The notes below the pieces were generated by a model that did not search any database, was not told the DNA's origin, and saw only the letters and a program-made list of their open reading frames with translations. From Candidatus Latescibacterota bacterium (GTDB lineage Bacteria; Latescibacterota; UBA2968), in contig OZ242010.1 of the NCBI GenBank assembly GCA_965204745.1, positions 1,568,001 through 1,632,000 of the forward strand: 64,000 nt of DNA, in the 5' to 3' direction. Positions 9,694-19,120 of this stretch are shown one piece after another. The position numbers and the translations under genes are program-made. Each line of letters begins with the position of its first letter. Position 1 is the stretch's first letter.

Positions 9694-10665
9694 ATGTCAT
9701 CTCCAATACGCATCGCGCAGGTTGGGCTTGGGCCGCTCGGCCTTATGCTCACGCCGTATTTGCTCGGGCGGTCGGGCATTGAAATCGTCAGTGCAATCGA
9801 CATTGACCCAGCCAAATCCGGGCGTGACTTGGGCGAGGTCAGCGCGGTCGGGCAACCCATCGGCATTGCGATCAGCGGCGATCTCGACCGGGGCTTGGCA
9901 GGCGTGGATCTCACGGTGGTGACGACCGTATCAGAACTCCAACGCATCGCGCCCACCTTGGAAAACATCCTCAATCGCGGCGTCCATGTGGTTTCCACTT
10001 GCGAAGAACTGTCCTATCCGTGGGCCACGCAACCCGATCTGTCCGCAACCATCGACGCATGGGCAACAGCACATGGTGTCTCGGTTCTCGGCACCGGCAT
10101 CAACCCCGGCTTTCTCATGGACTTCTTGCCCACCGCGGCCACGGGCATCTGTCACGACGTGCGGGCCATCCGCGTTGAACGCATCCAAGACGCCTCGGCG
10201 CGCCGCCTGCCCTTTCAGCAAAAAATAGGGGCCGGCCTGACCGTCGAAGAATTTGAATCCCGCGTATCCGACGGAAAACTCCGCCACGTCGGCCTCGCCG
10301 AATCCATGCACATGATCGCAGCGCGACTGGGCTGGACCCTCGACCACACCGAAGACATTGTGCAACCCGTCATCTCCCCGGATCCGGCGCGCTGTGCCGG
10401 GGTCTTGCAAACCGGGCGGGGGTACCAAAACGGCCGGGAAGTCATCACCTTGGTCTTCAAAGCCGCCGTTGGACAGACGGACCCGCGGGAACGCATCCAA
10501 ATCGCCGGCACGCCCTCATTCGACCTGATCATCCCGGGCGGCATCAACGGCGATCTCGCCACCTGCGCGGTCATTGCCAATGCCATTCCCATTGTCGCTG
10601 CGGCCCCTGCCGGGCTACACACTATGGTCGACCTGCCTCCGCTTTCCTGCGCGCAATCTGAATAG
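9694..10665 (+). CDS. Dihydrodipicolinate-reductase-like NAD(P)-dependent oxidoreductase (2,4-diaminopentanoate dehydrogenase/Ord family)
   Basis: GLGPLG Rossmann motif, VSTCEELSYP, GTGINPGFLMD, RRLPFQQKIGAG, GGINGDLAT. Confidence 0.8.
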   Translation: MSSPIRIAQVGLGPLGLMLTPYLLGRSGIEIVSAIDIDPAKSGRDLGEVSAVGQPIGIAISGDLDRGLAGVDLTVVTTVSELQRIAPTLENILNRGVHVVSTCEELSYPWATQPDLSATIDAWATAHGVSVLGTGINPGFLMDFLPTAATGICHDVRAIRVERIQDASARRLPFQQKIGAGLTVEEFESRVSDGKLRHVGLAESMHMIAARLGWTLDHTEDIVQPVISPDPARCAGVLQTGRGYQNGREVITLVFKAAVGQTDPRERIQIAGTPSFDLIIPGGINGDLATCAVIANAIPIVAAAPAGLHTMVDLPPLSCAQSE

Positions 10666-10674
10666 ACGCTCTCT

Positions 10675-10692
10675 CCCCCCCCCCCCCCCCCC
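10675..10692. repeat. Poly-C tract (18 nt), followed by gtggtca-type heptamers at ~10710-10738
   Basis: Seen directly. Confidence 0.8.
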
Positions 10693-10844
10693 GCCCCTCG
10701 ACCCCCAAGTGGTCAGTAGTCAGTGGTCAGTGGTCAGTCCCCGCCCCCCAATCCCCCAAAACCCGACGTACTTCGCAATGGGGTATAACGAGTTGCTTCT
10801 CAAGCCGGTTCCGTTGTTTCGCTGAATCAGTTCATGAGGGATCG

Positions 10845-13034
10845 ATGCCGTTCACTGTCTCCAAAAATGAAATCCAGCGCGTCGCCGCGGGCGATCACGC
10901 CGACCCTTTCGCCATCTTGGGCATGCACGTCGTCGCCACGGACAAGGGACGCGCACTCGCGGTACGCACCATGCAACCCGGCGCGGTATCCGTCGCCCTC
11001 GTCGCAGACACAGAACGCGCCATCCTCCAACAATATCGACAGACCGGCTTTTTTGAACTCCTCCTGCCGCAACGCCACGCGCCGTTTCCCTACCGCTTGC
11101 ACATCACCTATCCAGATGGCTATGACATGACCATCGCCGATCCCTATGCCTTCCCGCCCGTGCTCGGCGACTTTGACCTGCACCTGCACCGAGAAGGCAA
11201 GCACCACCGCATCTACGACCGGCTCGGCGCGCACCCGATGGCATTGCACGACCAACCCGGGGTGTGGTTTGCCGTGTGGGTGCCCAATGCGCGGCGCGTC
11301 AGCGTGGTTGGCGATTTCAACGCCTGGAACGGATGCCAGCACCCCATGCGGAACAGGGGCGACTCCGGGATATGGGAGCTTTTCATCCCCGACTTGGAGA
11401 TGGGCAACGTCTATAAATACGAAATCAAGGCCCAAACCGGCGACGTATTTGCCAAGAGCGACCCATATTGTTTTTGGATGGAACACCGCCCGCGCACCGG
11501 GTCTGTTGTGTACCGCCCAGACGACGCCCTGTGGAATGACGCGGATTGGCTATATGCACGCCAGCAGAGCAATCCCTACGCGGCCCCAATCGCCATATAC
11601 GAAGTCCACTTGGGATCGTGGCGGCGCAAAAACAACCGCTCGCTCACGTACCGAGAACTCGCCCCCGAGTTGGTCGAATACGCGCTCGACATGGGGTACA
11701 CGCACGTCGAGTTGCTCCCCATCATGGAACATCCCTTGGACGAATCGTGGGGCTATCAGGTCGCGGGCTACTACGCGCCCACCAGCCGCTTTGGCACGCC
11801 GGACGATTTCATCTATTTCGTCGACCATTGCCACGCGCACGGCCTTGGCGTGATCCTCGATTGGGTGCCCGCGCACTTTCCCACAGACGCACACGGCCTC
11901 GCCCAGTTCGACGGGTCCGCAGTGTACGAACACGCGGACCCCCGGCAAGGCGCGCATCCGGATTGGGGCACGTTGATTTTTAATTACGGCCGCGCCGAGG
12001 TTCGCAATTTTCTGATCGCCAATGCCCTGTTCTGGATCGAGAAATACCACATCGACGGGTTGCGCGTCGATGCGGTTTCGTCCATGCTCTACCTCGATTA
12101 TTCGCGCAAAGAGGGCGAGTGGATCCCCAACCCCGAGGGCGGGCGAGAAAATTTGGACGCCATTGCTTTGATGCGCGAACTCAACACCGCGATCCACGAC
12201 AAATTTCCGGGGGTGTTGATGATCGCCGAGGAATCGACCGCATGGCCCGGGGTCTCCCGGCCCGTGCATCTCGGCGGCTTGGGCTTTGGGTTCAAGTGGA
12301 ACATGGGCTGGATGAACGACGCGTTGTCCTACATGTCTAAAGAACCGATCCACCGCAAGTACCACCACGACAACCTCACCTTTGGCTTGGTCTATGCCTT
12401 CCACGAAAATTTTATCCTCGCCTTGTCCCACGACGAAGTCGTCCACGGCAAGGGCGCGCTTTTGAACAAAATGCCCGGCGACCGCTGGCAGAAATTCGCC
12501 AATCTGCGCGCTTTTTACGCTTTTCAATACGCGCATCCCGGGAAAAAATTGCTCTTCATGGGCGGCGAATTTGGGCAGTGGCGCGAATGGGACGCGCGGG
12601 AAAGCCTGCACTGGCACTTGCTCGCAGAACCCGACCACGCGGGCCTCCAACGCTTTGTGCGAGACCTCAACGCGCTCTATCGTTCAGAACCCGCGCTTTG
12701 CGAACGCGATTTTGACCCGACGGGCTTTGAATGGATCGCACGCCACGACGCCGCGAACAGCGTCCTCGCCTTCCTCCGCCGCGCCCACTCATCCGATGCT
12801 CCCCTGATCTTCGCGTGTAATTTTACTCCTATCCCGCGCAGAAATTACCGCATCGGCGTGCCCGCGCCAGGCATGTATCGAGAACTCATCAACAGCGACG
12901 CGCAGTGCTATGGCGGCAGCAACCTGGGCAACTTCGGCGCGGTTCACACCGAGCAAATAGAAAGCCACGGCCACCCGCACTCCCTCCAACTCACCCTCCC
13001 CCCGCTCGCCGCGGTCATGTTCAAGCGCGAGTAA
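10845..13034 (+). CDS. glgB: 1,4-alpha-glucan branching enzyme
   Basis: IYEVHLGSW, SWGYQ, DWVPAHFP, DGLRVDAVSSMLYLDYSR, AEESTAWP, LSHDEVVHGK. Confidence 0.97.
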   Translation: MPFTVSKNEIQRVAAGDHADPFAILGMHVVATDKGRALAVRTMQPGAVSVALVADTERAILQQYRQTGFFELLLPQRHAPFPYRLHITYPDGYDMTIADPYAFPPVLGDFDLHLHREGKHHRIYDRLGAHPMALHDQPGVWFAVWVPNARRVSVVGDFNAWNGCQHPMRNRGDSGIWELFIPDLEMGNVYKYEIKAQTGDVFAKSDPYCFWMEHRPRTGSVVYRPDDALWNDADWLYARQQSNPYAAPIAIYEVHLGSWRRKNNRSLTYRELAPELVEYALDMGYTHVELLPIMEHPLDESWGYQVAGYYAPTSRFGTPDDFIYFVDHCHAHGLGVILDWVPAHFPTDAHGLAQFDGSAVYEHADPRQGAHPDWGTLIFNYGRAEVRNFLIANALFWIEKYHIDGLRVDAVSSMLYLDYSRKEGEWIPNPEGGRENLDAIALMRELNTAIHDKFPGVLMIAEESTAWPGVSRPVHLGGLGFGFKWNMGWMNDALSYMSKEPIHRKYHHDNLTFGLVYAFHENFILALSHDEVVHGKGALLNKMPGDRWQKFANLRAFYAFQYAHPGKKLLFMGGEFGQWREWDARESLHWHLLAEPDHAGLQRFVRDLNALYRSEPALCERDFDPTGFEWIARHDAANSVLAFLRRAHSSDAPLIFACNFTPIPRRNYRIGVPAPGMYRELINSDAQCYGGSNLGNFGAVHTEQIESHGHPHSLQLTLPPLAAVMFKRE

Positions 13035-13040
13035 GCCTCT

Positions 13041-13085
13041 AAAAAAAATTGGACTCAATCCTCGAGGATTAAGTCCAAAAAATTT
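13041..13085. terminator. Hairpin after glgB
   Basis: ttggactcaatcctc gaggattaagtccaa with A-rich flanks. Confidence 0.55.
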
Positions 13086-13174
13086 CATTAGGTCATGTTG
13101 ACATTTTATTTTTTGACGTTACGCACAGATTAGCAAATGTGTTGCTTGCTCATTTAAGGCGTTTGGTCCTTTGG

Positions 13175-13445
13175 GGGACCTATCCCCCGGCCCCGTTATT
13201 CGCTTCGCTCATTGTAGGCTACGCCTGTGCCTACGAGGAAAGGGGAGTAAAGTGCCTTTGATGGCTTCTCGCTCTGGTTGCTCTAATGGCATTGCGCGAG
13301 GGGACCTATCCCCCGGCCCCTTTCCTACGAGGAAAGGGGAGTAAAGTGCCTTTGATGGCTTCTCGCTCTAGTTGCTCTGATGGCGTTGACCGAGGGCATA
13401 AAGCGATTAAATATCCCTCATCAATCCCCTCGCAAAACCGCATTT
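13175..13445. repeat. Two tandem partial family-A elements
   Basis: gggacctatcccccggcccc at 13175 and 13301; duplicated cctacgaggaaaggggagtaaagtgcctttgatggcttctcgctct. Confidence 0.75.
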
Positions 13446-13466
13446 TCGTATCCGTCGTACCCCGCA

Positions 13467-14558
13467 TCAGGAAAAGAGATCGCAGAGATCGTCTTGTTGG
13501 AGATGGTCGATGAGCGTGCGGCTCGTGCGGGAAAAGGCATACGTATTGAGACCTTTGAGCGCGACCCACGCGAGATCATCGCAGGCAAGGGGGCGCGCTT
13601 TGCCTTTGACATAGCGACACTGAAACGCGTGCAGGGTGATGCTGAAGTGCGTAAAAGCGTGTTTGACCGTGCGATAGCGACCGTCAATTGCGACTTGGAT
13701 GCCCGCGGTTTCCCAAAGGCCGCGCGTGCAGGTGTTTTGCAGGGACTCCCCGTCCCGTCGCGTGCCCGCGGGAAATTCCCAAAGCCCGCCGAGCAAGCCG
13801 TTTCGAGGGCGTTTTGTAATGAGCACTTTGTCGTCGTGCCACGCGATTCCCGCGCAAAGGGTGTGATGGGGGCGCGGTTTCTTTTTTGCTTTGACGGGCA
13901 GGCTTTGCGGGTCCCCTGCTTTGTGGGCCGCGCAGTATTTTTGCACGGGGCATTGATCGCACGCTGGTTTTTTGGGGGTGCAGACCGTCGCGCCGAGTTC
14001 CATGATCGCCTGATTGTAGTCGCCTGCCGCGCCTTTGGGCAGCAGGGATTCGGCGAGTTCCCAAAGTCGATTTTTGACCGCGGTTTGCGTCGTGTCGTCT
14101 CGAATGTCGAACAGGCGCGTGAGCACGCGAATAACATTGCCGTCGAGCACTGCGTGGTCGCGGTCATACGCAATGCTCAAAACCGCGGCAGTGGTATAAG
14201 GGCCGAACCCGGGCAGGGATTTGAGGTCGTCATAAGTACTGGGCACAGTGCCGGCAAAATCCGTAGCGATGGCGTGGGCCGCCTTGTGCAAATTGCGCGC
14301 GCGGGCGTAATACCCCAGTCCCTCCCACGCCTTGAGCACGTCGTCTTGAGACGCATTGGCGAGGTCGCCAACCGTGGGAAACCGGTCGAGAAACCGATGG
14401 TAATAGGGAATGACCGTATCTACCTGCGTTTGCTGGAGCATGAACTCGGCGAGCAAAATGCGATAGGGGTCATCCGTGTGCCGCCACGGCAAGTCGCGTT
14501 TGTGCTTGCGATACCACGCCAAGAGGCGGGTGGCGATCTGTGATGAGATAGGGGGCAT
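13467..14558 (-). CDS. mutY: A/G-specific adenine glycosylase
   Basis: RDLPWR, MLQQTQV, WEGLGYYARARNLH, LPGFGPYT, DGNVIRV, CTPKKPACDQCPVQKYC (4Fe-4S), C-terminal NUDIX-like domain. Confidence 0.96.
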   Translation of the reverse strand: MPPISSQIATRLLAWYRKHKRDLPWRHTDDPYRILLAEFMLQQTQVDTVIPYYHRFLDRFPTVGDLANASQDDVLKAWEGLGYYARARNLHKAAHAIATDFAGTVPSTYDDLKSLPGFGPYTTAAVLSIAYDRDHAVLDGNVIRVLTRLFDIRDDTTQTAVKNRLWELAESLLPKGAAGDYNQAIMELGATVCTPKKPACDQCPVQKYCAAHKAGDPQSLPVKAKKKPRPHHTLCAGIAWHDDKVLITKRPRNGLLGGLWEFPAGTRRDGESLQNTCTRGLWETAGIQVAIDGRYRTVKHAFTHFSITLHAFQCRYVKGKARPLACDDLAWVALKGLNTYAFSRTSRTLIDHLQQDDLCDLFS

Positions 14559-14561
14559 AGC

Positions 14562-14879
14562 TCACGTTTTCTCCGCGATATTGCGGGCGTGTTCGCGTAC
14601 GACCTCCGGCGGACTGGCGGCGATCAGGTTGCGAATGGCGAGGATGTTGAGCGCGATGTCTTCCCCAAAGCCGAGGTGGGGAAGGATGATTTCCGGGATA
14701 AAATCAAAGGGCGAAAGGCCGTAGAGCACCGCCAGTACCACGAACACTTTGGGCAACATCGGAACGCGGGCATCCCAAAAGAGCCGCCACGCAAGGCGCA
14801 GGTATTGCGGGAGGCGCGTGATGATCGAGAAAATTCCGCGGACGCGGATCAGACGCAACAGAGCAAAAAGGCCACGCAT
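14562..14879 (-). CDS. DUF1232/YkvA-family small membrane protein
   Basis: DARVP...K...LYGLSPFDFIPE..PHLGFGED; the longer ORF start runs into repeat DNA. Confidence 0.8.
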   Translation of the reverse strand: MRGLFALLRLIRVRGIFSIITRLPQYLRLAWRLFWDARVPMLPKVFVVLAVLYGLSPFDFIPEIILPHLGFGEDIALNILAIRNLIAASPPEVVREHARNIAEKT

Positions 14880-14904
14880 GATGATCACCCGGGAAATGAG
14901 GCGC

Positions 14905-14936
14905 GAGACGGGAGACGGGAGACGGGAGACGGGAGA
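14905..14936. repeat. (GAGACGG)n heptamer array
   Basis: About 4 tandem units. Confidence 0.8.
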
Positions 14937-14966
14937 GGCGAGAAGGCCACCCAACCCCCGGCCCCA

Positions 14967-15085
14967 AGTTGTCAGTTGTCAGTTGTCAGTTGTCAGTTGT
15001 CAGTTGTCAGTTGTCAGTTGTCAGTTGTCAGTTGTCAGTTGTCAGTTGTCAGTTGTCAGTTGTCAGTTGTCAGTTGTCAGTTGTC
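14967..15085. repeat. (AGTTGTC)17 perfect heptamer tandem repeat
   Basis: 119 nt = 17 perfect units. Confidence 0.97.
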
Positions 15086-15508
15086 AGCCCGCCCCGCCCA
15101 ACCCCCTTCGGTAAGAGGGGAGACGGGAGACGTAAGATGGGGTTAGCCACGAGCGGGGTACAACTGGCGATAGCCAGTTCAAAGGCACAAAAAGGGTACA
15201 TGGCAACAGCCCATTCAAAGGCGAGTAGCGAGTGTAGGTCTTCTCCCGTCTTGCCTCTCACCTCTCACCTTTTAAGGATACAAGAAGCAATTTTTCGTCA
15301 CTCCGGCGCACGCACAGGCGTAGCCAACGCCGGAATCCAGTGACTATTGCTTTTTTAATATACCGCGGATCACATCACTTGACAACGCGAATTGAGAATA
15401 GAAAGCAAGCGGTAGCCAATCGGACATGACAGGGTGGGACGGGCACGCACGGGCGGAGAGGCGGCGAGGCACGCACGGATTGACTACTCATTCCTCGAAA
15501 GTTATCCC

Positions 15509-18505
15509 ATGACTCCCGTGATACGTTGCGCTTGTCTTTTGGCTCTTTGGGGTGTGGTACACGCGCAAGTGCCCATGCCCGAGCAAATCACCTTGTTCGA
15601 CCGGGAACGGGTGTTTCAAGCCGATGGCAGCCGCGGGCCTTTTGCCATTTCCGACCGCGCCATTGAAAAGGCGACCGAGCGCGTTTGGGCAGGTGGCGCG
15701 TTGCTCGTGCGCGACCGCGATTACGTGGTGGATGCACGCCGCGCATTGCTGACGCTCTTGCGGGATGTGGCACGCGGCACGGTGATCGTGGTGCGTTTCA
15801 AACAGGGGCCACAGGTGACGACTCCCATTGTTCGGCGGCGCGTGCTCCAGCCCCGAGAACCGACGGACGACAAACCGATTGTGCCTGTGGTGCCCGCCGT
15901 GCGCGACGCAGAGGAAGAACAGAAATTGACTATTGGCGGGCACAAAAGCATTTCCGTTACCGCGGGGTCCCAACACGCGGTTCAGCAGGCTTTGCAGGTG
16001 CGGATTTCGGGCGAGGTCGCCGAGGGCGTGGCGTTGTTGGCCGTGTTGTCCGACCGCAATTTGCCCATTGGCGAGCGCGGGGGATCGCAGCGGTTGCGAG
16101 AATTGGACCGCGTGTTTTTTCAGGTCGATGCCAACCGCATATCCGCCACTTTGGGCGACCTCGACGTGGCGTTTGACGAGACGGTATTTGGACGCTATCG
16201 CCGGCAGTTGCAGGGCGCGCGCGTGTTTGCCCATCGGGAAAAAGGCCAGATCGCGGCGGTTGGGGCCATCTCCCGCGGACGGTGGGAAACGCGGCGGTTG
16301 GCGACCATTGAGGGGTACCAAGGGCCGTATCAAATCAGTGGCACAGCGAGGCAAATCGTGCCCGAATCCGAGCGCGTGTACCTCAACGGGCGGTTGCTCA
16401 ACCGCGGGGATGGCGTGGATTATACCATCGACTACGAGCGCGGGCACATCTCATTCGCGCCGGAAATACCGATTGGGGTCGAAAGCCGCCTGACTGTGGA
16501 GTATCAGGTCATCGACGCCGGCGGGCACAACCGGTTGATGGGCCTGGAATCCCAACTGTCCCTCGGCCGGGGCCTGTCGTTGGGCACAACGCTACTTCGA
16601 GAAACAGCGTCATCCGACCACCCCGCAATCGCGCCATCAGTGGGCCTTGCCCGACGACAGTTGGGGGTGGTCTCTGCGAAGTACGCGCCGTGGGCTGGAG
16701 CGCAGGTGTCGGGGGAAGTCGCCCTCAGTGATCGGGATGCCGGAAAAGGCCGCGCATTTCGCTTGGGCGGGGCATGGGCATCGCGCAATTTTGAAGTCGC
16801 GGGGCGGTTTCGCCATGTCGGTTCCCAGTTTGAAGCCTTTGAACGCCTGGACCGAGGGCGCGCTGCCGGGCGATGGGGTTGGCAGGCCGATACGACCCGC
16901 ACGACCCAGCGCGAGGGCGATGTGTCTGCGCGCTACAACTGGGGCGAGGCAGTTGCCATTTCTGGAGAATACGGACGGCGGTTGGGCGCGCGCCGAACAG
17001 ATCGCAAAAGCGTGGATATTCGCGTGCCCGTGGGGATGTACCGCTACGAATCCCTCGCGCATACCGAGGGCAACACGAGCCGCCACGAGGGGCAACTCGG
17101 CGTGTCGCTGGGCATGGTCAGGCCGGGGTTTCGCTTTTCGCTGGAAAATGGCGATGGCGATGGCGTGGGTAGCACGTCGCTCTTTTATGCCGCACGCCCG
17201 CATGTCTTGCCGCAGGGGATTGCCAACCGCGAGTTGATTTGGCAGATGGACATTGGGGAAGGCCGCAGGTGGACGTGGACATCGGAATTGAAATATCGGC
17301 ATTTTAGGCAGCGGGAAACGACGTGGCGCGACAGTTTGCGCGGGTGGTTACACACGCACAGGGCGCAGGTGACAAATTGGAAGGGGTGGATTTTTTCAGG
17401 ATCGTACACGCGGGGAACGACGCGAATGGGTCACAGCCGCCAACAGGCGATGCACTTGGGCCGCGTGCGGTTGGGGCATGCGCGCCCGGGCCTGTCGCAT
17501 CAAATTACCTATCGCGTTTCGAGCATTGGGGTGCATGCGCGCCGGCCCGTTTTTATCGAAGTCGCGCCCGGGCACGGGGAATATCTATGGGAAGACGCCG
17601 ATGGCGATGGGTTGCGCGATGCAGAAGAGTTCGCGCCCGATAGAGATGGCAATTACGTCCAGGTATCCGATATCGGTCAATACACCCCCGCCCGCGATGG
17701 CGCGCTCGGCATGCGCGTGGAACTCGATTTTCGCCGCCTGATCGGCCCCGACCACCTCTTGTCTGCCCTCGCGTTAGATGCGTCTTTGCGCGCAGAGCAG
17801 CAGATCGCCGCGGGGACAGCGCGGGCGATGCCATGGGATCTGTTGGGATTTGCGTCCGGCGATGGGGTTTTGGGCGCGCACAGGGACGCGCTGGTGCGTC
17901 TCTACTTATTTCGGTATCACAAGCGCGGGTCCCTGCGCCTGACCGCACGCACGCGCCATCGGGTCAACCGAGGGTTTTACGACGGCGCCGCCGAAGTTTT
18001 CACCGAGGGAAACGCGCTGGGCAAATGGCGACCTGCCTATCGCCTCGAGTTGGAAACCGAGGTTGCTTTTGGACGGCGCGTGCGCGAAGGCGCGGGTGCA
18101 TTTGCCTATCGCATTGACAGCGCGAGCAATGCGTTTCGTTGCGCGTTTCGCCCCTCGCGTTACTGGCACTCGCGCTTGGGCGTTTTGATCGGACGAGACC
18201 GCGAACGCATGCGCGCCCTGCGCGTGTTTTACGTTGCGGTTCAGCCCGAGATCATTCGCGCTTTGCCAGGGCGCGGGCGATTGCGCGGCCGCGTGGATTG
18301 GACGATGGTTCGATCAACAGCCCCGATGCCCCTGTTTTTGGGCTTGGCAAACGGCAATCGGCACGGGCAGAACTGGACATGGCGATTGGGCATCGACCGC
18401 CGATTCGGCAAGTACGTCACCGCACAAGTCATGTACGATGGCCGCATCCGCCCCGACCGCCAAGCCATACATCTGGCGCGCGTGGAAATGCGGGCGGTGT
18501 TTTAA
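15509..18505 (+). CDS. Large secreted/outer-membrane beta-barrel-like hypothetical protein (~1000 aa)
   Basis: Signal peptide ending VHA-Q; ESERVYLNGRLL.RG..VDYTIDYERG motif; DADGDG Ca-binding loop; amphipathic beta strands; C-terminal Phe. Confidence 0.7.
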   Translation: MTPVIRCACLLALWGVVHAQVPMPEQITLFDRERVFQADGSRGPFAISDRAIEKATERVWAGGALLVRDRDYVVDARRALLTLLRDVARGTVIVVRFKQGPQVTTPIVRRRVLQPREPTDDKPIVPVVPAVRDAEEEQKLTIGGHKSISVTAGSQHAVQQALQVRISGEVAEGVALLAVLSDRNLPIGERGGSQRLRELDRVFFQVDANRISATLGDLDVAFDETVFGRYRRQLQGARVFAHREKGQIAAVGAISRGRWETRRLATIEGYQGPYQISGTARQIVPESERVYLNGRLLNRGDGVDYTIDYERGHISFAPEIPIGVESRLTVEYQVIDAGGHNRLMGLESQLSLGRGLSLGTTLLRETASSDHPAIAPSVGLARRQLGVVSAKYAPWAGAQVSGEVALSDRDAGKGRAFRLGGAWASRNFEVAGRFRHVGSQFEAFERLDRGRAAGRWGWQADTTRTTQREGDVSARYNWGEAVAISGEYGRRLGARRTDRKSVDIRVPVGMYRYESLAHTEGNTSRHEGQLGVSLGMVRPGFRFSLENGDGDGVGSTSLFYAARPHVLPQGIANRELIWQMDIGEGRRWTWTSELKYRHFRQRETTWRDSLRGWLHTHRAQVTNWKGWIFSGSYTRGTTRMGHSRQQAMHLGRVRLGHARPGLSHQITYRVSSIGVHARRPVFIEVAPGHGEYLWEDADGDGLRDAEEFAPDRDGNYVQVSDIGQYTPARDGALGMRVELDFRRLIGPDHLLSALALDASLRAEQQIAAGTARAMPWDLLGFASGDGVLGAHRDALVRLYLFRYHKRGSLRLTARTRHRVNRGFYDGAAEVFTEGNALGKWRPAYRLELETEVAFGRRVREGAGAFAYRIDSASNAFRCAFRPSRYWHSRLGVLIGRDRERMRALRVFYVAVQPEIIRALPGRGRLRGRVDWTMVRSTAPMPLFLGLANGNRHGQNWTWRLGIDRRFGKYVTAQVMYDGRIRPDRQAIHLARVEMRAVF

Positions 18506-18653
18506 GGCGAACGAGGGCCTCTCCCTCCGCCACCCCGCCGTGTCTAAATCGCGGATTAAACGGATTAGGGGATTGCGCGGATTACCCCACACATCCCTAC
18601 CGCCGCTTCATCGTTCCCACTCCGCTATGTCCTTCGCATGCCTTGTCGCCATA

Positions 18654-18859
18654 GACCTATCCCCCCGGGCCCCGTTATTCGCTTCGCTCCTTGTAGGCTA
18701 CGCCTGTGCCTACAAGGAAAGGGGGAGCGCATGGCTTTTTGAAGGTTTGTATCCCTGGCTATTCTGATGGCTTTGAGCGAATGGATCACGCCATGAACCC
18801 CAAAAAACCTATCGCCATTTCCCCCTTCCTCGTAGGAAGGGGGCCAGGGGGTAGGTCCC
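18654..18859. repeat. MITE-like element, family A
   Basis: gacctatcccccc...gggggtaggtccc terminal inverted repeats; same core as 2979-3214. Confidence 0.7.
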
Positions 18860-18861
18860 AA

Positions 18862-18907
18862 AAAGTAAAGCCCGAGTTCACTAAGAACCCGGGCTTTACT
18901 TTTTTTC
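18862..18907. terminator. Bidirectional rho-independent terminator
   Basis: aaaagtaaagcccgagttc actaa gaacccgggctttacttttttt between convergent genes. Confidence 0.75.
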
Positions 18908-18919
18908 GTTTTTCGTCGT

Positions 18920-19120
18920 TCAGCCTGTCGATCCAAAGTCGGCGGCGAAGATGAAGCAATCGGCAGAGTCAATTTGACCATCGCCATTGAGATCGCACCG
19001 GGGGTCATATCGCTCCTGGCCGGGCCGCGAGCCGAACTTGCTGGCAAAGGTCAAGAAGTCGGCGAAATTCGCATTGCCATCGCCATTTTCATCTGTGGCG
19101 GTCAGGGAACAGGCTTTCAT
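18920..19120 (-). pseudogene. Detached EF-hand/dockerin-like domain (small ORF or relic C-terminus)
   Basis: DENGDGNANFADFLTFASKFG...DLNGDGQIDSADCFIFAADFG; no signal peptide; ATGA overlap with the adhesin stop. Confidence 0.6.

Noticed and set aside
14969-15343. ORFs encoding (SVVSCQL)n, and similar LLPLTSY ORFs at 32633-32818
   Set aside because: Translations of non-coding heptamer repeats
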